64,000 nt of DNA from Deltaproteobacteria bacterium (GCA_026986785.1 JALSNW010000022.1:14265-78264), one strand, 5' to 3'. Counted from the stretch's first letter, positions 36,828 through 46,964 are shown. Notes: generated from the letters alone by a model not told the origin. Numbers and translations: made by a program.

Positions 36828-38147
36828 CTAATACCCTATATCAAACAAGCCATTGGCATCGAATACAGGCATTCCCCCCAGTAAAGTCGAGATGGCCCTT
36901 CCCCTGAACACCAGGCCCAAAAACGGGGAATTATAACTTTTCGAGTGGATGGTGTCCCTGGTGAACGTAAACTCTTCTTCAGGGTCTATAATCGTAATGT
37001 CAGCAATTCCACTTGGTCTCAAGCCACCACCAGGAATATCTAAAATCGAGGCGGGATTTGAAGACATCAGGCGCATCACTTGTACTGGCGCAAAACCTTC
37101 TTCGTTCACAAGGACCTTGAGCGCCAAAGGCAGTGCTGTCTCAAGGCCTATGATACCGTTGGCCGCGAGTTGAAATTCACATTCTTTTTCAAGGCTATTA
37201 TGGGGGGCATGATCCGTTGCTATCGCATCGATAGTCCCGTCTCTGAGGCCTTCTATGATAGCCCTTCTGTCTCTTTCTGTGCGAAGAGGTGGATTCATCT
37301 TTGCAAAAGTATTGTAACCTGCTACTGCCTCTTCAGTCAGACTGAAATAATGAGGGGCTGTCTCTGCAGTCACCCTGACACCTTGAGCCTTTGCATTACG
37401 TATTATCTCAACAGAGCCGGCAGTACTTACGTGGGCAATGTGCAGACGCGCCCCAGTCAGTTTGGCCAGGCAGATGTCCCTGAAGATGGCTATCTCCTCT
37501 GCTGCCACCGGGATCCCCTTGAGACCAAGCCTGGTGGACATCTTTCCCTCATTCATACAACCTTCCTTGGACAACTCGAGTTCCTCGCTATGAGAAATTA
37601 TGAGGGCGTTGAAATTCAGGGAATATTCAAGGGCAAGGCGCATGACGGCTGGATTTTGCACAGGCAATCCATCGTCCGAGAAAGCTACGGCCCCGGCAGA
37701 CAGAAGATCACCAAATTCAGTAAGCCCTTTTCCATCTTGGCCGACAGTAATGGCGGCTACGGGGAACACCCTACACCTGCCAGAATCTTTGGCCCTGTCG
37801 ATTATAAACCGTGTGATGCCAGAATTGTCATTGGAGGGACAGGTATTGGGCATACAGGCAACGGAAGTAAATCCACCAGCCGCTGCCGCCCTGGTACCTG
37901 TCTCTATGGTCTCTTTATATTCCTCCCCTGGTTCCCTGAGATGAACATGCATGTCCACGAGACCAGGCACGATCCATTTACCCGAAAGCTCAACGATCTT
38001 GGTAGATGGAGGGACATCGATCTCTGAAGCAATGTGTTCTATCCTGTCTTCATGGACCAGGACATCTCCAACAAAATCCACATCCTGGGCAGGATCCATT
38101 ATCCTGCCACCCCTCAATAGAAACTGCCTTTCTCCTGTCAATTCCAT
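36828..38147 (-). CDS. pyrC: dihydroorotase
   Basis: 439 aa of the amidohydrolase type. VDMHVHLREPG metal site. Immediately downstream of pyrB. Confidence 0.92.
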   Translation of the reverse strand: MELTGERQFLLRGGRIMDPAQDVDFVGDVLVHEDRIEHIASEIDVPPSTKIVELSGKWIVPGLVDMHVHLREPGEEYKETIETGTRAAAAGGFTSVACMPNTCPSNDNSGITRFIIDRAKDSGRCRVFPVAAITVGQDGKGLTEFGDLLSAGAVAFSDDGLPVQNPAVMRLALEYSLNFNALIISHSEELELSKEGCMNEGKMSTRLGLKGIPVAAEEIAIFRDICLAKLTGARLHIAHVSTAGSVEIIRNAKAQGVRVTAETAPHYFSLTEEAVAGYNTFAKMNPPLRTERDRRAIIEGLRDGTIDAIATDHAPHNSLEKECEFQLAANGIIGLETALPLALKVLVNEEGFAPVQVMRLMSSNPASILDIPGGGLRPSGIADITIIDPEEEFTFTRDTIHSKSYNSPFLGLVFRGRAISTLLGGMPVFDANGLFDIGY

Positions 38148-38150
38148 AGT

Positions 38151-39095
38151 CTAACCATGTTCCTGCAAATCTGCCAGAAGAAGGGTATAGAGCGCCATCC
38201 TGACAGCCACCCCATTTGTCACCTGTTTCAATATGACTGAATTTATCCCATCGGCTATCTCTGGAGACAATTCCACACCCCTGTTGATTGGGCCTGGATG
38301 CATTATGATGACATCCTTCTTTAGATAAGGTTCTATTGCGGTCGAGATACCGAATCTGTCTGCATATTCCCTTTCGGATGGGAATGGAGACAGCCTCCCA
38401 AGCCGCTCCTTCTGGATACGCAGTGCCATCACGACATCAGCGTCCCGAATGGCGTCCTTGAGATCTAGGCATACCTTAGCCCCAAGCTCTCCTGGCTCTG
38501 GTGGCATCATGGTTGCCGGGCCACAAACAGTCACTGAGGCACCCATTCTTGTAAAGGCCAGGATATCGGAATGTGCAACTCTGCTGTGGGCGATATCCCC
38601 TATGATTGTAACCTTCAATCCATCGATTCGGCCAAAGTGTTCCCTTACAGTCATCAGATCCAATAGTGCCTGGGAAGGATGTTCATTAGTACCATCTCCA
38701 GCATTTATTATGGCAGAACCAACATGTCTTGAAAGCATGTAAGGGGCCCCTGACATAGAATGCCTTATCACAATGATATCAGGCCTCATGGCCTCAATGT
38801 TCCGGGCCGTATCGATCAAGGTCTCACCCTTTACTACACTACTGGTGCTGGCGGCAATACTGACGGTATCCGCGCTGAGTCTCTTGGCAGCCAGCTCAAA
38901 AGAGAGCTTTGTCCTCGTACTGGGCTCAAAAAAAAGATTTACGATCGTTTTGCCCCTGAGAGGCGGGACCTTCTTTATGGGTCTTTCCATGATCTCCTTC
39001 ATGGACACAGCGGTATCCAGGATAAAGGAGATCTCTTCCATACCCAGATGTGCAATACCAAGGATATGTCTTGCTTTTAGTTTTCCCATGCCCAA
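38151..39095 (-). CDS. pyrB: aspartate carbamoyltransferase catalytic subunit
   Basis: STRTKLSFE and HPSQALLD motifs. Confidence 0.95.
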   Translation of the reverse strand: MGMGKLKARHILGIAHLGMEEISFILDTAVSMKEIMERPIKKVPPLRGKTIVNLFFEPSTRTKLSFELAAKRLSADTVSIAASTSSVVKGETLIDTARNIEAMRPDIIVIRHSMSGAPYMLSRHVGSAIINAGDGTNEHPSQALLDLMTVREHFGRIDGLKVTIIGDIAHSRVAHSDILAFTRMGASVTVCGPATMMPPEPGELGAKVCLDLKDAIRDADVVMALRIQKERLGRLSPFPSEREYADRFGISTAIEPYLKKDVIIMHPGPINRGVELSPEIADGINSVILKQVTNGVAVRMALYTLLLADLQEHG

Positions 39096-39146
39096 AAAAA
39101 AGCCCCCTTTCTTCTGAAAGGAGGCCTTGGTTTGCCTTTTTTTTAT

Positions 39147-40085
39147 CTATGTCATCTCTGACAGCCTTAGCAGTTTTTCATATTCTGCATCCACCCGTTT
39201 CTGGATGTAATCTATATGGGCTTCATCCAGGTGGCGGAAACGCCTTTGCCCCTTGAGATATTCAGTAACGGGCTTGGCCTTCTTGATCTTTCTGCTCATG
39301 ATATAACGGCCTTCTATGACCTCATAGAGAGGAAAGACCTTTGTCTCGACTGCTAACCTTGCAAACTCTATAGAGCGCTCTCCAGCAGAGCCCCAGCCAG
39401 TGGGACATGGAGAAAAGATATGGACATAGGCTGGTCCCTTCACCAAGGCAGCCTTTTTCACCTTGTTCATCAGATCGAGAAAATAGGCAGGTGAGGCGGT
39501 AGCCACATAGGGAATATTGTGGGCCACCATTATAGCAGGGATGTTCTTCTTCCAGGTCACCTGGCCAAAGCTCTTCTTGCCTGGAGGGCTAGTTGTTGTC
39601 ATGGCACCGTAAGGGGTGCACCCAGAACGCTGAACACCTGTATTCATGTAGGCCTCGTTGTCCAGACACACGTAAAGGAAGTCGTGCCCCCTTTCCATTG
39701 CCCCAGATATCCACTGGAGGCCTATATCTCCAGTGGCTCCATCACCACCCACTGCCAGGATGTCAACATGCTTTTTGGGTATCTTTTTCTTCCTCTTGAG
39801 CACCTTTCTGGCAGATTCCACGCCAGAAGCCACTGCAGCTGCATTTTCGAAAGCCACATGGATCCATGGCACGTTCCATGCCGTGTGAGGATATGGGCTG
39901 GTAATAATCTCCATGCAGCCTGTTGCATTACATACGATGACGTCCTTACCAAGGGCCTTCATCACCATCCTGAGGGCCAATACCTCCCCACAGCCCTGAC
40001 ATGCCCTATGGCCAGGAGCCAGCAGCTCCTCCTTGGGCATACTCTTAGCCTTAAAGCCTTTAAACTTTTCGAATTCTGGTATCAT
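39147..40085 (-). CDS. porB: 2-oxoacid:ferredoxin oxidoreductase beta subunit (POR/VOR type, TPP-binding)
   Basis: Cys cluster CQGCGE, TPP motif GDGATGDIG, and a 4-nt overlap with the alpha subunit. Substrate cannot be fixed from sequence alone. Confidence 0.88.
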   Translation of the reverse strand: MIPEFEKFKGFKAKSMPKEELLAPGHRACQGCGEVLALRMVMKALGKDVIVCNATGCMEIITSPYPHTAWNVPWIHVAFENAAAVASGVESARKVLKRKKKIPKKHVDILAVGGDGATGDIGLQWISGAMERGHDFLYVCLDNEAYMNTGVQRSGCTPYGAMTTTSPPGKKSFGQVTWKKNIPAIMVAHNIPYVATASPAYFLDLMNKVKKAALVKGPAYVHIFSPCPTGWGSAGERSIEFARLAVETKVFPLYEVIEGRYIMSRKIKKAKPVTEYLKGQRRFRHLDEAHIDYIQKRVDAEYEKLLRLSEMT

Positions 40086-41260
40086 TTTTCACGCACTCCA
40101 ATTACCTGATAGAGTTCACGTGGACGCTTCTTGGCAAAAGCCCTTGCCTTGTCCACCATCTCCTCAAAACGGCTTACTGTAACATCCCTTCCACCAAGAC
40201 CTGCTACAAAGCTGAAGATCTTTGGGGAACCAGGAATCTTGTAAAACATGGACCTGAGTTCAGCACCTACCGGGCCGCACACTGCCCCTGGAGGCAGGCA
40301 CCTGTCAATGACAGCCAAGATCTTTGTCTTACCTACTGCCTTACGGAATTCCTGGGCAGGAAATGGCCTCCAGAGACGGATTTTCAACAGCCCCACCTTC
40401 TGGCCATTGTCCCTCATCTGATCGACTGCTGTCATGGCTGTTTCACAGATACTGCCCATTCCCACAAGGAGCACCTCTGCATCCTCTGTACGATATGTGT
40501 CTATGGGTTCGTATTTCCTGCCAAATACCTCTTCAAATTCCTTCCATGCCTTGAGGATATAACGTTTGGAGTTCTTGATCGCCATGTCATGGGCCATCTT
40601 GGCCTCTGTATAGACCTCTGGTATTCCCACAGGCCCCATTGTAATAGGCCTTCTTGGATCTAATTTATACCTTGGCTTGAATGGAGGAAGGTACTTGTCC
40701 ACATCCTCCTGATCCGGAAGTTCTATTGGCTCAATGACATGGCTCAGGGTAAAGCCGTCTATATTCACTATCATGGGCAGGGACACATTTCTATTCTCTG
40801 CCACCTTGAAGGCATGAATAGTCAGATCCACCGCCTCTTGACCATTTTCCGCAAATGTCTGGATCCAGCCAATATCCCTCTGTACCATGATATCCTGATG
40901 GTCATTCCAGATACTGATCGGGGCTGACAGAGCCCTGTTTGCCACGACCATGACCATAGGAATCCTCATGGTAGAGGGTATATAGAGGACCTCACTCATG
41001 AGGGACAGCCCCTGCGAGCTGGACGAGGTGAACACCCTTGCACCGGCTGCAGCAGCACCGCAACAACAACTCATGGCAGCATGTTCGCTTTCCACAGGGA
41101 CAAACTCTGCATCGAGTTGTCCATTTGCCACCATCTCAGACAGGTGTTCCACGATATGGGTCTGTGGAGTAATGGGATAGGCAGGTATCACCTCTGCCCT
41201 AGCCAGTCCCACAGCCTCGGAAATTGCTATCGAAACTTCTATTCCCACGCGTTTTGACAT
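40082..41260 (-). CDS. porA: 2-oxoacid:ferredoxin oxidoreductase alpha subunit
   Basis: Start set at MSKRVGIEVS, 2 nt after the delta-subunit stop. PAYPITPQT and ESEHAA blocks. Confidence 0.88.
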   Translation of the reverse strand: MSKRVGIEVSIAISEAVGLARAEVIPAYPITPQTHIVEHLSEMVANGQLDAEFVPVESEHAAMSCCCGAAAAGARVFTSSSSQGLSLMSEVLYIPSTMRIPMVMVVANRALSAPISIWNDHQDIMVQRDIGWIQTFAENGQEAVDLTIHAFKVAENRNVSLPMIVNIDGFTLSHVIEPIELPDQEDVDKYLPPFKPRYKLDPRRPITMGPVGIPEVYTEAKMAHDMAIKNSKRYILKAWKEFEEVFGRKYEPIDTYRTEDAEVLLVGMGSICETAMTAVDQMRDNGQKVGLLKIRLWRPFPAQEFRKAVGKTKILAVIDRCLPPGAVCGPVGAELRSMFYKIPGSPKIFSFVAGLGGRDVTVSRFEEMVDKARAFAKKRPRELYQVIGVREK

Positions 41261-41262
41261 GA

Positions 41263-41556
41263 TTACCCCTCCTCTGGAACCATTGTTATGGCATCTTTGG
41301 GGCATTCGTGGGCACATATGCCACAACCCTTACAGTATTCCATATCCGCTTCGAAATAACCTTCTTCATCCTGTTTGTATGTCATATCCGGACAAAAGAT
41401 CCAGCACATCCCACACTTAATGCACTTTTCCTTGTCTGTCACAGGACGCTGGGAGCGCCAGTCGCCAGTCCTGAAATTGGCCGAATTGCCTGGCTCCAGG
41501 ATATGACAGCCAAAGGTTATCGTCTTCCAACCTACTATGGCGTCAGAATTGGCCAT
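41263..41556 (-). CDS. porD: 2-oxoacid:ferredoxin oxidoreductase delta subunit (2x[4Fe-4S] ferredoxin)
   Basis: Two CxxCxxCxxxCP motifs (CIKCGMCWIFCP and CKGCGICAHECP). Confidence 0.9.
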   Translation of the reverse strand: MANSDAIVGWKTITFGCHILEPGNSANFRTGDWRSQRPVTDKEKCIKCGMCWIFCPDMTYKQDEEGYFEADMEYCKGCGICAHECPKDAITMVPEEG

Positions 41557-41591
41557 TTTTACAACTCCTTAAAATTAAGTATTTTTTTGAT

Positions 41592-42140
41592 TTAATCAGT
41601 GATTACTGTCTCTTCAAAAGCCCTTGCGAGGGCAGCCTTGTTTTTCTCAGCAATCCTTCCGAAACGCTTGTCCAGGGCCTCTTCCAGGGCATTCCTGTCT
41701 ACAAGGCCCGTGGCCTTTAGGAGTGCGCCAAGCATGGTGGTATTCGTTATGGGTAGCCCTAATACTTCCATGGCTATCTTTGTCGCATCAACCATGGCCA
41801 ACTTGCTCTTTAAACCAAACTTCTCCCTCACTTCCTTCTCAGGGAGATCTGTATTGAGGATGATGATGCCACCATCCTTCAATCCGTCTGCAACATTGAC
41901 CAAGGCAGGCAGCGATGGATCCAGAACCAACACGATATCTGGATGATACACCTTCTCCCTTGTCCTAATGGGCTGGTCACTGACCCGGATAAAGGCAGCA
42001 ACCGGAGCACCCCTTCTCTCAGGGCCAAAGCTTGGGAAGGCCTGAGCATACTTGCCTTCAGCAATTGCGGCGGTTGCAACAAGTTCTGCAGAGGTGACTC
42101 CCCCCTGTCCGCCACGGCCGTGAAGTCTAACTTCTTTCAT
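41592..42140 (-). CDS. porG: 2-oxoacid:ferredoxin oxidoreductase gamma subunit
   Basis: 182 aa. N-terminal GRGGQG and FGPERRGAP blocks. First gene of the gamma-delta-alpha-beta operon. Confidence 0.9.
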   Translation of the reverse strand: MKEVRLHGRGGQGGVTSAELVATAAIAEGKYAQAFPSFGPERRGAPVAAFIRVSDQPIRTREKVYHPDIVLVLDPSLPALVNVADGLKDGGIIILNTDLPEKEVREKFGLKSKLAMVDATKIAMEVLGLPITNTTMLGALLKATGLVDRNALEEALDKRFGRIAEKNKAALARAFEETVITD

Positions 42141-42365
42141 TTGGTGGTCTCCTGTGTAATGGATTTTTGGAATTCCGATAAATTAAACAATCAGATGAGG
42201 GCGCTAAGCTCTCCAGAAATAACGACTTGAACCAAAATTCACATTATTGCGATTGTGTTGGTATATATATGTCCCTCAAATTGTCCATCCTGTTTACAAG
42301 CCTGCCAATTCTTTGTCAAGAGACTAACATGGACATTCATGGGGTTTTTTGGGTGGTTTTGGGCC

Positions 42366-42674
42366 TCAGAGTATTTTCCTTTTGATCCCTACCAGGGATG
42401 GATCTTTAAGGGAATAGATGCGTACCTTTCTGCTCCTGGGAAACTCTCTTTTCATGATGGCTTTCAAAATCTTGGTCAACTCTCCCTCTTCCACCTCGAC
42501 CCGCTGCTCGAGATAGCCATGCTCTCTGAGCATGTACGTCTCATCCTGGCACTTCCAGATCGAGACCCCCCTGTTTCTCTTGTAAGACAATATCTCAAGC
42601 CCGCAACCAGGGCTGCATTTTTTAAGGGAGAAAACAGCCTTTCTCAAGGCACTTTCCAGGTTTACAAGTGCCAC
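42366..42674 (-). CDS. hypothetical 102-aa protein, last gene of the CbbQ/CbbO-like operon
   Basis: ORF starting 9 nt after the DUF166-like gene. CSPGC motif and basic C-terminus. I recognise no family. Confidence 0.55.
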   Translation of the reverse strand: MALVNLESALRKAVFSLKKCSPGCGLEILSYKRNRGVSIWKCQDETYMLREHGYLEQRVEVEEGELTKILKAIMKREFPRSRKVRIYSLKDPSLVGIKRKIL

Positions 42675-42683
42675 ACCCTACTC

Positions 42684-43343
42684 CTAAACCTTTTTTGTGT
42701 GGATAGCCCTTTTCAATGCACGCTCAAGGGCCGCCCTGTGTACTTCTCCTGCAAAGTGGACTGCGCTCTTTCCACTGACAGGGTCAAAATCCGAGGGATC
42801 GGAAAGGCAAAGGTATTGAACCTGCCTGGATATGACGGTTGGTGCTTCATCAGCCCTCAAGCCCTCAATCTGTCTACAGACCTGCCATGTTGCGCCACAG
42901 GATGCCCCTCTTGCCACCCTGATGGACTTGATCCGGCCCTCTTCCAATTCCACTCGATACTCTGGCACACCAAATTGCCTTCCATATTCTCCGAGCCCTT
43001 CCTTTCTGCCCAGGCCACAACATGTGAATGGGCAGATAGCCCCGGGGATATGCTGGCCAGATGCAATGACAGGGATGGATTTTTGTCTGCACAGCTCTAC
43101 CAAGTAATAGCTCAGATCTGGATGTCTCAAGAAATCAAGCACCAGCTCCCCTTCGAAATCCATGTCAAGATATTGCCCGGGATCCTCTATAAATTCCGGG
43201 AACGGGCCTTGGAGATCCACCACCTGCCTAATGGTAATATTTCTCCCATAGACCTCGATGCCTGCTATCTTATAGTCGGCGGAACCGTCCTGCTCAAAAA
43301 TGACAATCTTTTGTCCATTTGATCCTTGTTCCTTCATTGTCAA
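42684..43343 (-). CDS. Cys-rich DUF166 (PF02593)-like protein
   Basis: 219 aa. Cys motifs CPFTCCG and SCGATW plus the FGVPEYRVEL block recall DUF166. The family call is from memory and not verified. The start lies 1 nt after the upstream stop. Confidence 0.5.
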   Translation of the reverse strand: MTMKEQGSNGQKIVIFEQDGSADYKIAGIEVYGRNITIRQVVDLQGPFPEFIEDPGQYLDMDFEGELVLDFLRHPDLSYYLVELCRQKSIPVIASGQHIPGAICPFTCCGLGRKEGLGEYGRQFGVPEYRVELEEGRIKSIRVARGASCGATWQVCRQIEGLRADEAPTVISRQVQYLCLSDPSDFDPVSGKSAVHFAGEVHRAALERALKRAIHTKKV

Positions 43344-43344
43344 C

Positions 43345-45687
43345 TTAGGTGGTCAATATACGATATATCTCTGGAATTCTCTTGTGGAGAAGACCTACGT
43401 CTGGCACGAGTATATAGTTTGCAGCGCCATACATCCTTGGCAAATAGTCCCTGGCCTCCTTGTCCACTGTTATACAAAAGGGCCGAATCCCCTTTTGGCG
43501 TGCCTCAAAAAGGGACATCCTGGTATCTTCTATGGCATAAGGCCCCTTGTATTCGTCATAGTCTTCGGGTTTCCCATCACTAAGGGTGAGAAGTATCTTG
43601 AGCCTGGCATCTACCTGTTCCAATTTTGTTACCACATGACGGATCGCTGGCCCCATCCTGGTATAATCTCTGGCATTTATACCAGTGATGCGCTCCTCCA
43701 AGACCTTATCATATTCATGATGAAATTCCTTGATGACAAAGGACTGACAACCTGTCCTCTGCATCCCTGAAAAACCATAGATGGCATATCTATCCCCCAG
43801 TTGTTCCATTGCCGTTGTCAAGAGGACCAAAGACTCCTTTATAGCAAGATTGATCCAACCTTCAGTGGAGGCACTCATGTCTATCAGAAAAAGTACTGCA
43901 ATGTCTCTCTGATCCTTTGTAAGCCTTGTATAGAGATTTTCTGACGGACTGACAAACGCCTTGATATCCGTAAATGCCTCAACAAATGCATCTATGTCTA
44001 TCTCCTCACCATCACGCTGTCTTCTCATATATCTATAGTCCTGCCTCATCAGCTCGAACTGACGCCTCAAAGACAAGACCTGCCCCCTGTATCTCGTCAG
44101 CACCCGAGCGACAAAGTCCCCCTTGGCCGTTGGCCCCATCATCTCTTTTACAGTACACCAGTTTTTCCTGTAGGCCCCTCTCCTGAAATCCCATTCAGGA
44201 TAGGTATAGAATGAAAAAACTGGTCTTTCATCCGGGTCTTGGGCTATCTCGACCCTACTGTCATAGGCTCCAGTGGCAAGATCTAAGGCCGATGAAACAT
44301 AAGAGGCCGGCACTTGGCCAAGATCATTGCAGATCTCCCTTGTGATACGGGAAAGCTCTTCCCTGACCTCTTGGCTGGCCTCCAACACCAGGGCCTCCAA
44401 CAATCCTGGTACATCCTGGTTTTCCTTTTCATTGAAAGGCAAAACCATGGCAATACCCCCATCCTCCTCGCCAGAAAGGGGACAGCTAACTCTTTCATCC
44501 ATCAAGGAGGTATCCTGTTCAAGCCCATGGGAAAGGGGATGTTGCTCTGCAATAAGGGCCCCAACTATCTCCACGAAGGACCTTTCGAGATAGTTTCGCC
44601 TTTCAGCAAGCCTTGCACCAAGTATCTGTGGCTCAACCCTGCCAACATATGGAAGCATCTGGCTTACGAGACCTGCGTCCGTCTCTTCTTCCAACTCAAG
44701 GTATCTGGACAATGCCTTTGCAGAATCCAGGGCAGTGGCAGAGGGAAGGCCCAAGAGCCTGAGCTCCTTTTCCATGCCTGAATCCTTGGGAAAGGAGCCT
44801 TCGGCATAATCATTCAATATCCACCAGGCTATCTTCATGAGCATACTTTCATGATTAGGCAGGCTTTGGCCCAGCCTTTCCCGAAGCTTTGATTTCAAGA
44901 GGGAGAAGTTCCTCGAGAGACCCTTATATTCACCAAGGAGTACTCTTTCTATCCTTATCGTGTCAAAAAGGCTATAAAGACCCTTTACGTCATGTTCAGG
45001 GAATAGGTCACCAAGCCTTTTCATTAATAGGACAAAACCAAAAGATTCAGAAGAAGACCCATCCTTCTCAAATAGTCCTGGAAATTCGGCCATGATCTTT
45101 TCTACGGGGATGAGGAATGAATTGTAGCGCAACTGGGCACACTTGTGCACAATCGACACCCTGTAAAAGAGATGATTTTCTTCGATGGTGGGGAAAATGG
45201 CACAGGAGGCAGGGGCGAAAACTGTCTCCATGTCAGTATATGGGATGGGAGCGGAGTCAAAACGGATATCCCTACCGCTCAACCCTGCTGCCAGGAGCTT
45301 CATGTCCGAAGCAGACTCCTTGAGCATGGCAACATGGCGAGATGAATAACTCAGGGTTGTTTCCGCTGGTTTTGAGAAAAAATCCTTTGCAGACTGAAGG
45401 CCCCTGGCCTCATAGATGCCAAGGGCCTCTGTAACCCACTCCTCTACTTGATTACATGAAAGAAATCTCAGGGCCTCCCCCACGTTTTCGATGAAACTAA
45501 ATGCAAGAAGGTCGGACACTGATCCAGAGATAAGGCGCACCAGCTTTAAAACCGGGCCTATGTACTCGTTTGGCAGCCTCTCGAGAAATTCCACGGCTGT
45601 CTCAACGTGACATGAGCCAATGGTATCTGTAAAAAAAATCTCCAAGAGGGCATTGTAAAGGGCCTGGGATCGCTTATTGTCCATCAA
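43345..45687 (-). CDS. CbbO/NorD-like protein with C-terminal von Willebrand factor A domain
   Basis: 780 aa (CbbO-like length). C-terminal VWA with MIDAS DMSAS and LTLSDGKPED. Confidence 0.8.
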   Translation of the reverse strand: MMDNKRSQALYNALLEIFFTDTIGSCHVETAVEFLERLPNEYIGPVLKLVRLISGSVSDLLAFSFIENVGEALRFLSCNQVEEWVTEALGIYEARGLQSAKDFFSKPAETTLSYSSRHVAMLKESASDMKLLAAGLSGRDIRFDSAPIPYTDMETVFAPASCAIFPTIEENHLFYRVSIVHKCAQLRYNSFLIPVEKIMAEFPGLFEKDGSSSESFGFVLLMKRLGDLFPEHDVKGLYSLFDTIRIERVLLGEYKGLSRNFSLLKSKLRERLGQSLPNHESMLMKIAWWILNDYAEGSFPKDSGMEKELRLLGLPSATALDSAKALSRYLELEEETDAGLVSQMLPYVGRVEPQILGARLAERRNYLERSFVEIVGALIAEQHPLSHGLEQDTSLMDERVSCPLSGEEDGGIAMVLPFNEKENQDVPGLLEALVLEASQEVREELSRITREICNDLGQVPASYVSSALDLATGAYDSRVEIAQDPDERPVFSFYTYPEWDFRRGAYRKNWCTVKEMMGPTAKGDFVARVLTRYRGQVLSLRRQFELMRQDYRYMRRQRDGEEIDIDAFVEAFTDIKAFVSPSENLYTRLTKDQRDIAVLFLIDMSASTEGWINLAIKESLVLLTTAMEQLGDRYAIYGFSGMQRTGCQSFVIKEFHHEYDKVLEERITGINARDYTRMGPAIRHVVTKLEQVDARLKILLTLSDGKPEDYDEYKGPYAIEDTRMSLFEARQKGIRPFCITVDKEARDYLPRMYGAANYILVPDVGLLHKRIPEIYRILTT

Positions 45688-45718
45688 AACTACCTTTTCT
45701 GTAGAATAGTGGGTCGGC

Positions 45719-46522
45719 CTAAAATACCGCTCTGATCATCTCCTTGAGCCCAGACAAAAGCTCCTGGTCATCTGTGAGAGGCTGGCAAATAGCCGCTTCA
45801 CATGCAGTCACAGTCTCTACCCCAGCGCTTATGAGTTTTCCAGCGTGGATCAGCAGCCTCGTGCTTGCCCCTTCCTGCAGGCCCTGGTCCTTCAGGTTAC
45901 GGGTGAGATGACCAAGACGTACAAGGCTGGCTGCCAAGTCAACACTGATGGCTGCCTCGTGCGCCACGATTTCCACCTCTATATCCTTTTCTGGATAGCC
46001 GAAGTCTATGGCGACAAAACGCTGTCTCGTGCTAGGCTTGAGGTCTTTCAAGACACTCTGATATCCAGGATTGTATGAAATAGCAAGCATGAATTCTCTA
46101 GGGGCCCTGAGAAGTTCACCCTTCTTTTCCACGGGTAGACAGCGCCTGTCATCTGCCAAGGGATGAATTACCACAGTGGTATCCTTTCTGGCCTCCACTA
46201 TCTCGTCGAGGTAACATATCGCCCCCTTTCTCACCGCAGTGGTCAATGGCCCATCCATCCATACAGTCTCGCCGCCTCTTATGAGGAATCTACCGACTAG
46301 GTCACTCGTGGACAGGTCATCGTGACAAGACACTGTCACCAGAGGCCTTTCAAGCCTCCAGGCCATGTATTCCATAAATCTGGTCTTGCCACAGCCAGTA
46401 GGACCTTTCAACAAGATGGGAAGCCCGTACTCATAGGCAGTCTCAGCGAGCTGGATCTCACTGCCACACTGGCGGTAATAGGGCTCCTCCTCTATGAGAT
46501 AGATTGATTCATGATCATTCAT
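45719..46522 (-). CDS. CbbQ/NirQ/NorQ-family MoxR AAA+ ATPase
   Basis: Start set at MNDHES (267 aa). Walker A GPTGCGKT, Walker B CYLDEI, and a CbbQ-like C-terminal region. Confidence 0.85.
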   Translation of the reverse strand: MNDHESIYLIEEEPYYRQCGSEIQLAETAYEYGLPILLKGPTGCGKTRFMEYMAWRLERPLVTVSCHDDLSTSDLVGRFLIRGGETVWMDGPLTTAVRKGAICYLDEIVEARKDTTVVIHPLADDRRCLPVEKKGELLRAPREFMLAISYNPGYQSVLKDLKPSTRQRFVAIDFGYPEKDIEVEIVAHEAAISVDLAASLVRLGHLTRNLKDQGLQEGASTRLLIHAGKLISAGVETVTACEAAICQPLTDDQELLSGLKEMIRAVF

Positions 46523-46703
46523 AGTCGCCTCTATTATAAAAAAAACAGGACAAACGAAAAGGCAATCCAATATCTCATATCCTCAGCAATGGACGATATC
46601 ATACATGAATCGCGCTTGAACTCACAATAAGCATACATATCTTTATAACAAGGACAGGTTTGGAAAATATGGTTGAAACTTTACATGCAAGGAGGAAGAT
46701 ATC

Positions 46704-46964
46704 ATGGACAAGAAAGAGTTGTGTGAAAAAATCCAACAGATCTATCCTGACATAGGTAAATGTGGCATCAACCTGGATGCCCATTACGATGAAGACAAAA
46801 AGGCATGGGTCATACATCTTGAGAGAAATGGCAAACAGCTCGATACCTATCTTGAGGAAGAGGATATAAAGGCATGTATGGAGGGTAAACAGTGCATTGC
46901 CCTTGGAATCCAGGTAGGAGAACTGGCAAAGGATGTGGAGGATCTCCCGCCCACCAGGCAATAG
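46704..46964 (+). CDS. hypothetical 86-aa acidic protein with four Cys
   Basis: AAGGAGG 8 nt upstream of the ATG. Divergent from the CbbQ-like gene. Followed by a strong terminator. Confidence 0.6.
   Translation: MDKKELCEKIQQIYPDIGKCGINLDAHYDEDKKAWVIHLERNGKQLDTYLEEEDIKACMEGKQCIALGIQVGELAKDVEDLPPTRQ

Noticed and set aside
42255-43322. 355-aa ORF on the + strand covering the DUF166-like and 102-aa genes and the gap between them.
   Set aside because: Its sequence looks non-protein-like and has no recognisable motifs. The - strand ORFs have domain-like features and operon-tight spacing. Similarly long antisense ORFs shadow clearly real genes elsewhere (37080-38027 over pyrC, 12238-12984 over nadD-rsfS, 18043-18789 over the M20 gene, 48848-49546 over ftsH, 14064-14735 over gpmI). 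This appears to be a general codon-usage artefact of this genome.
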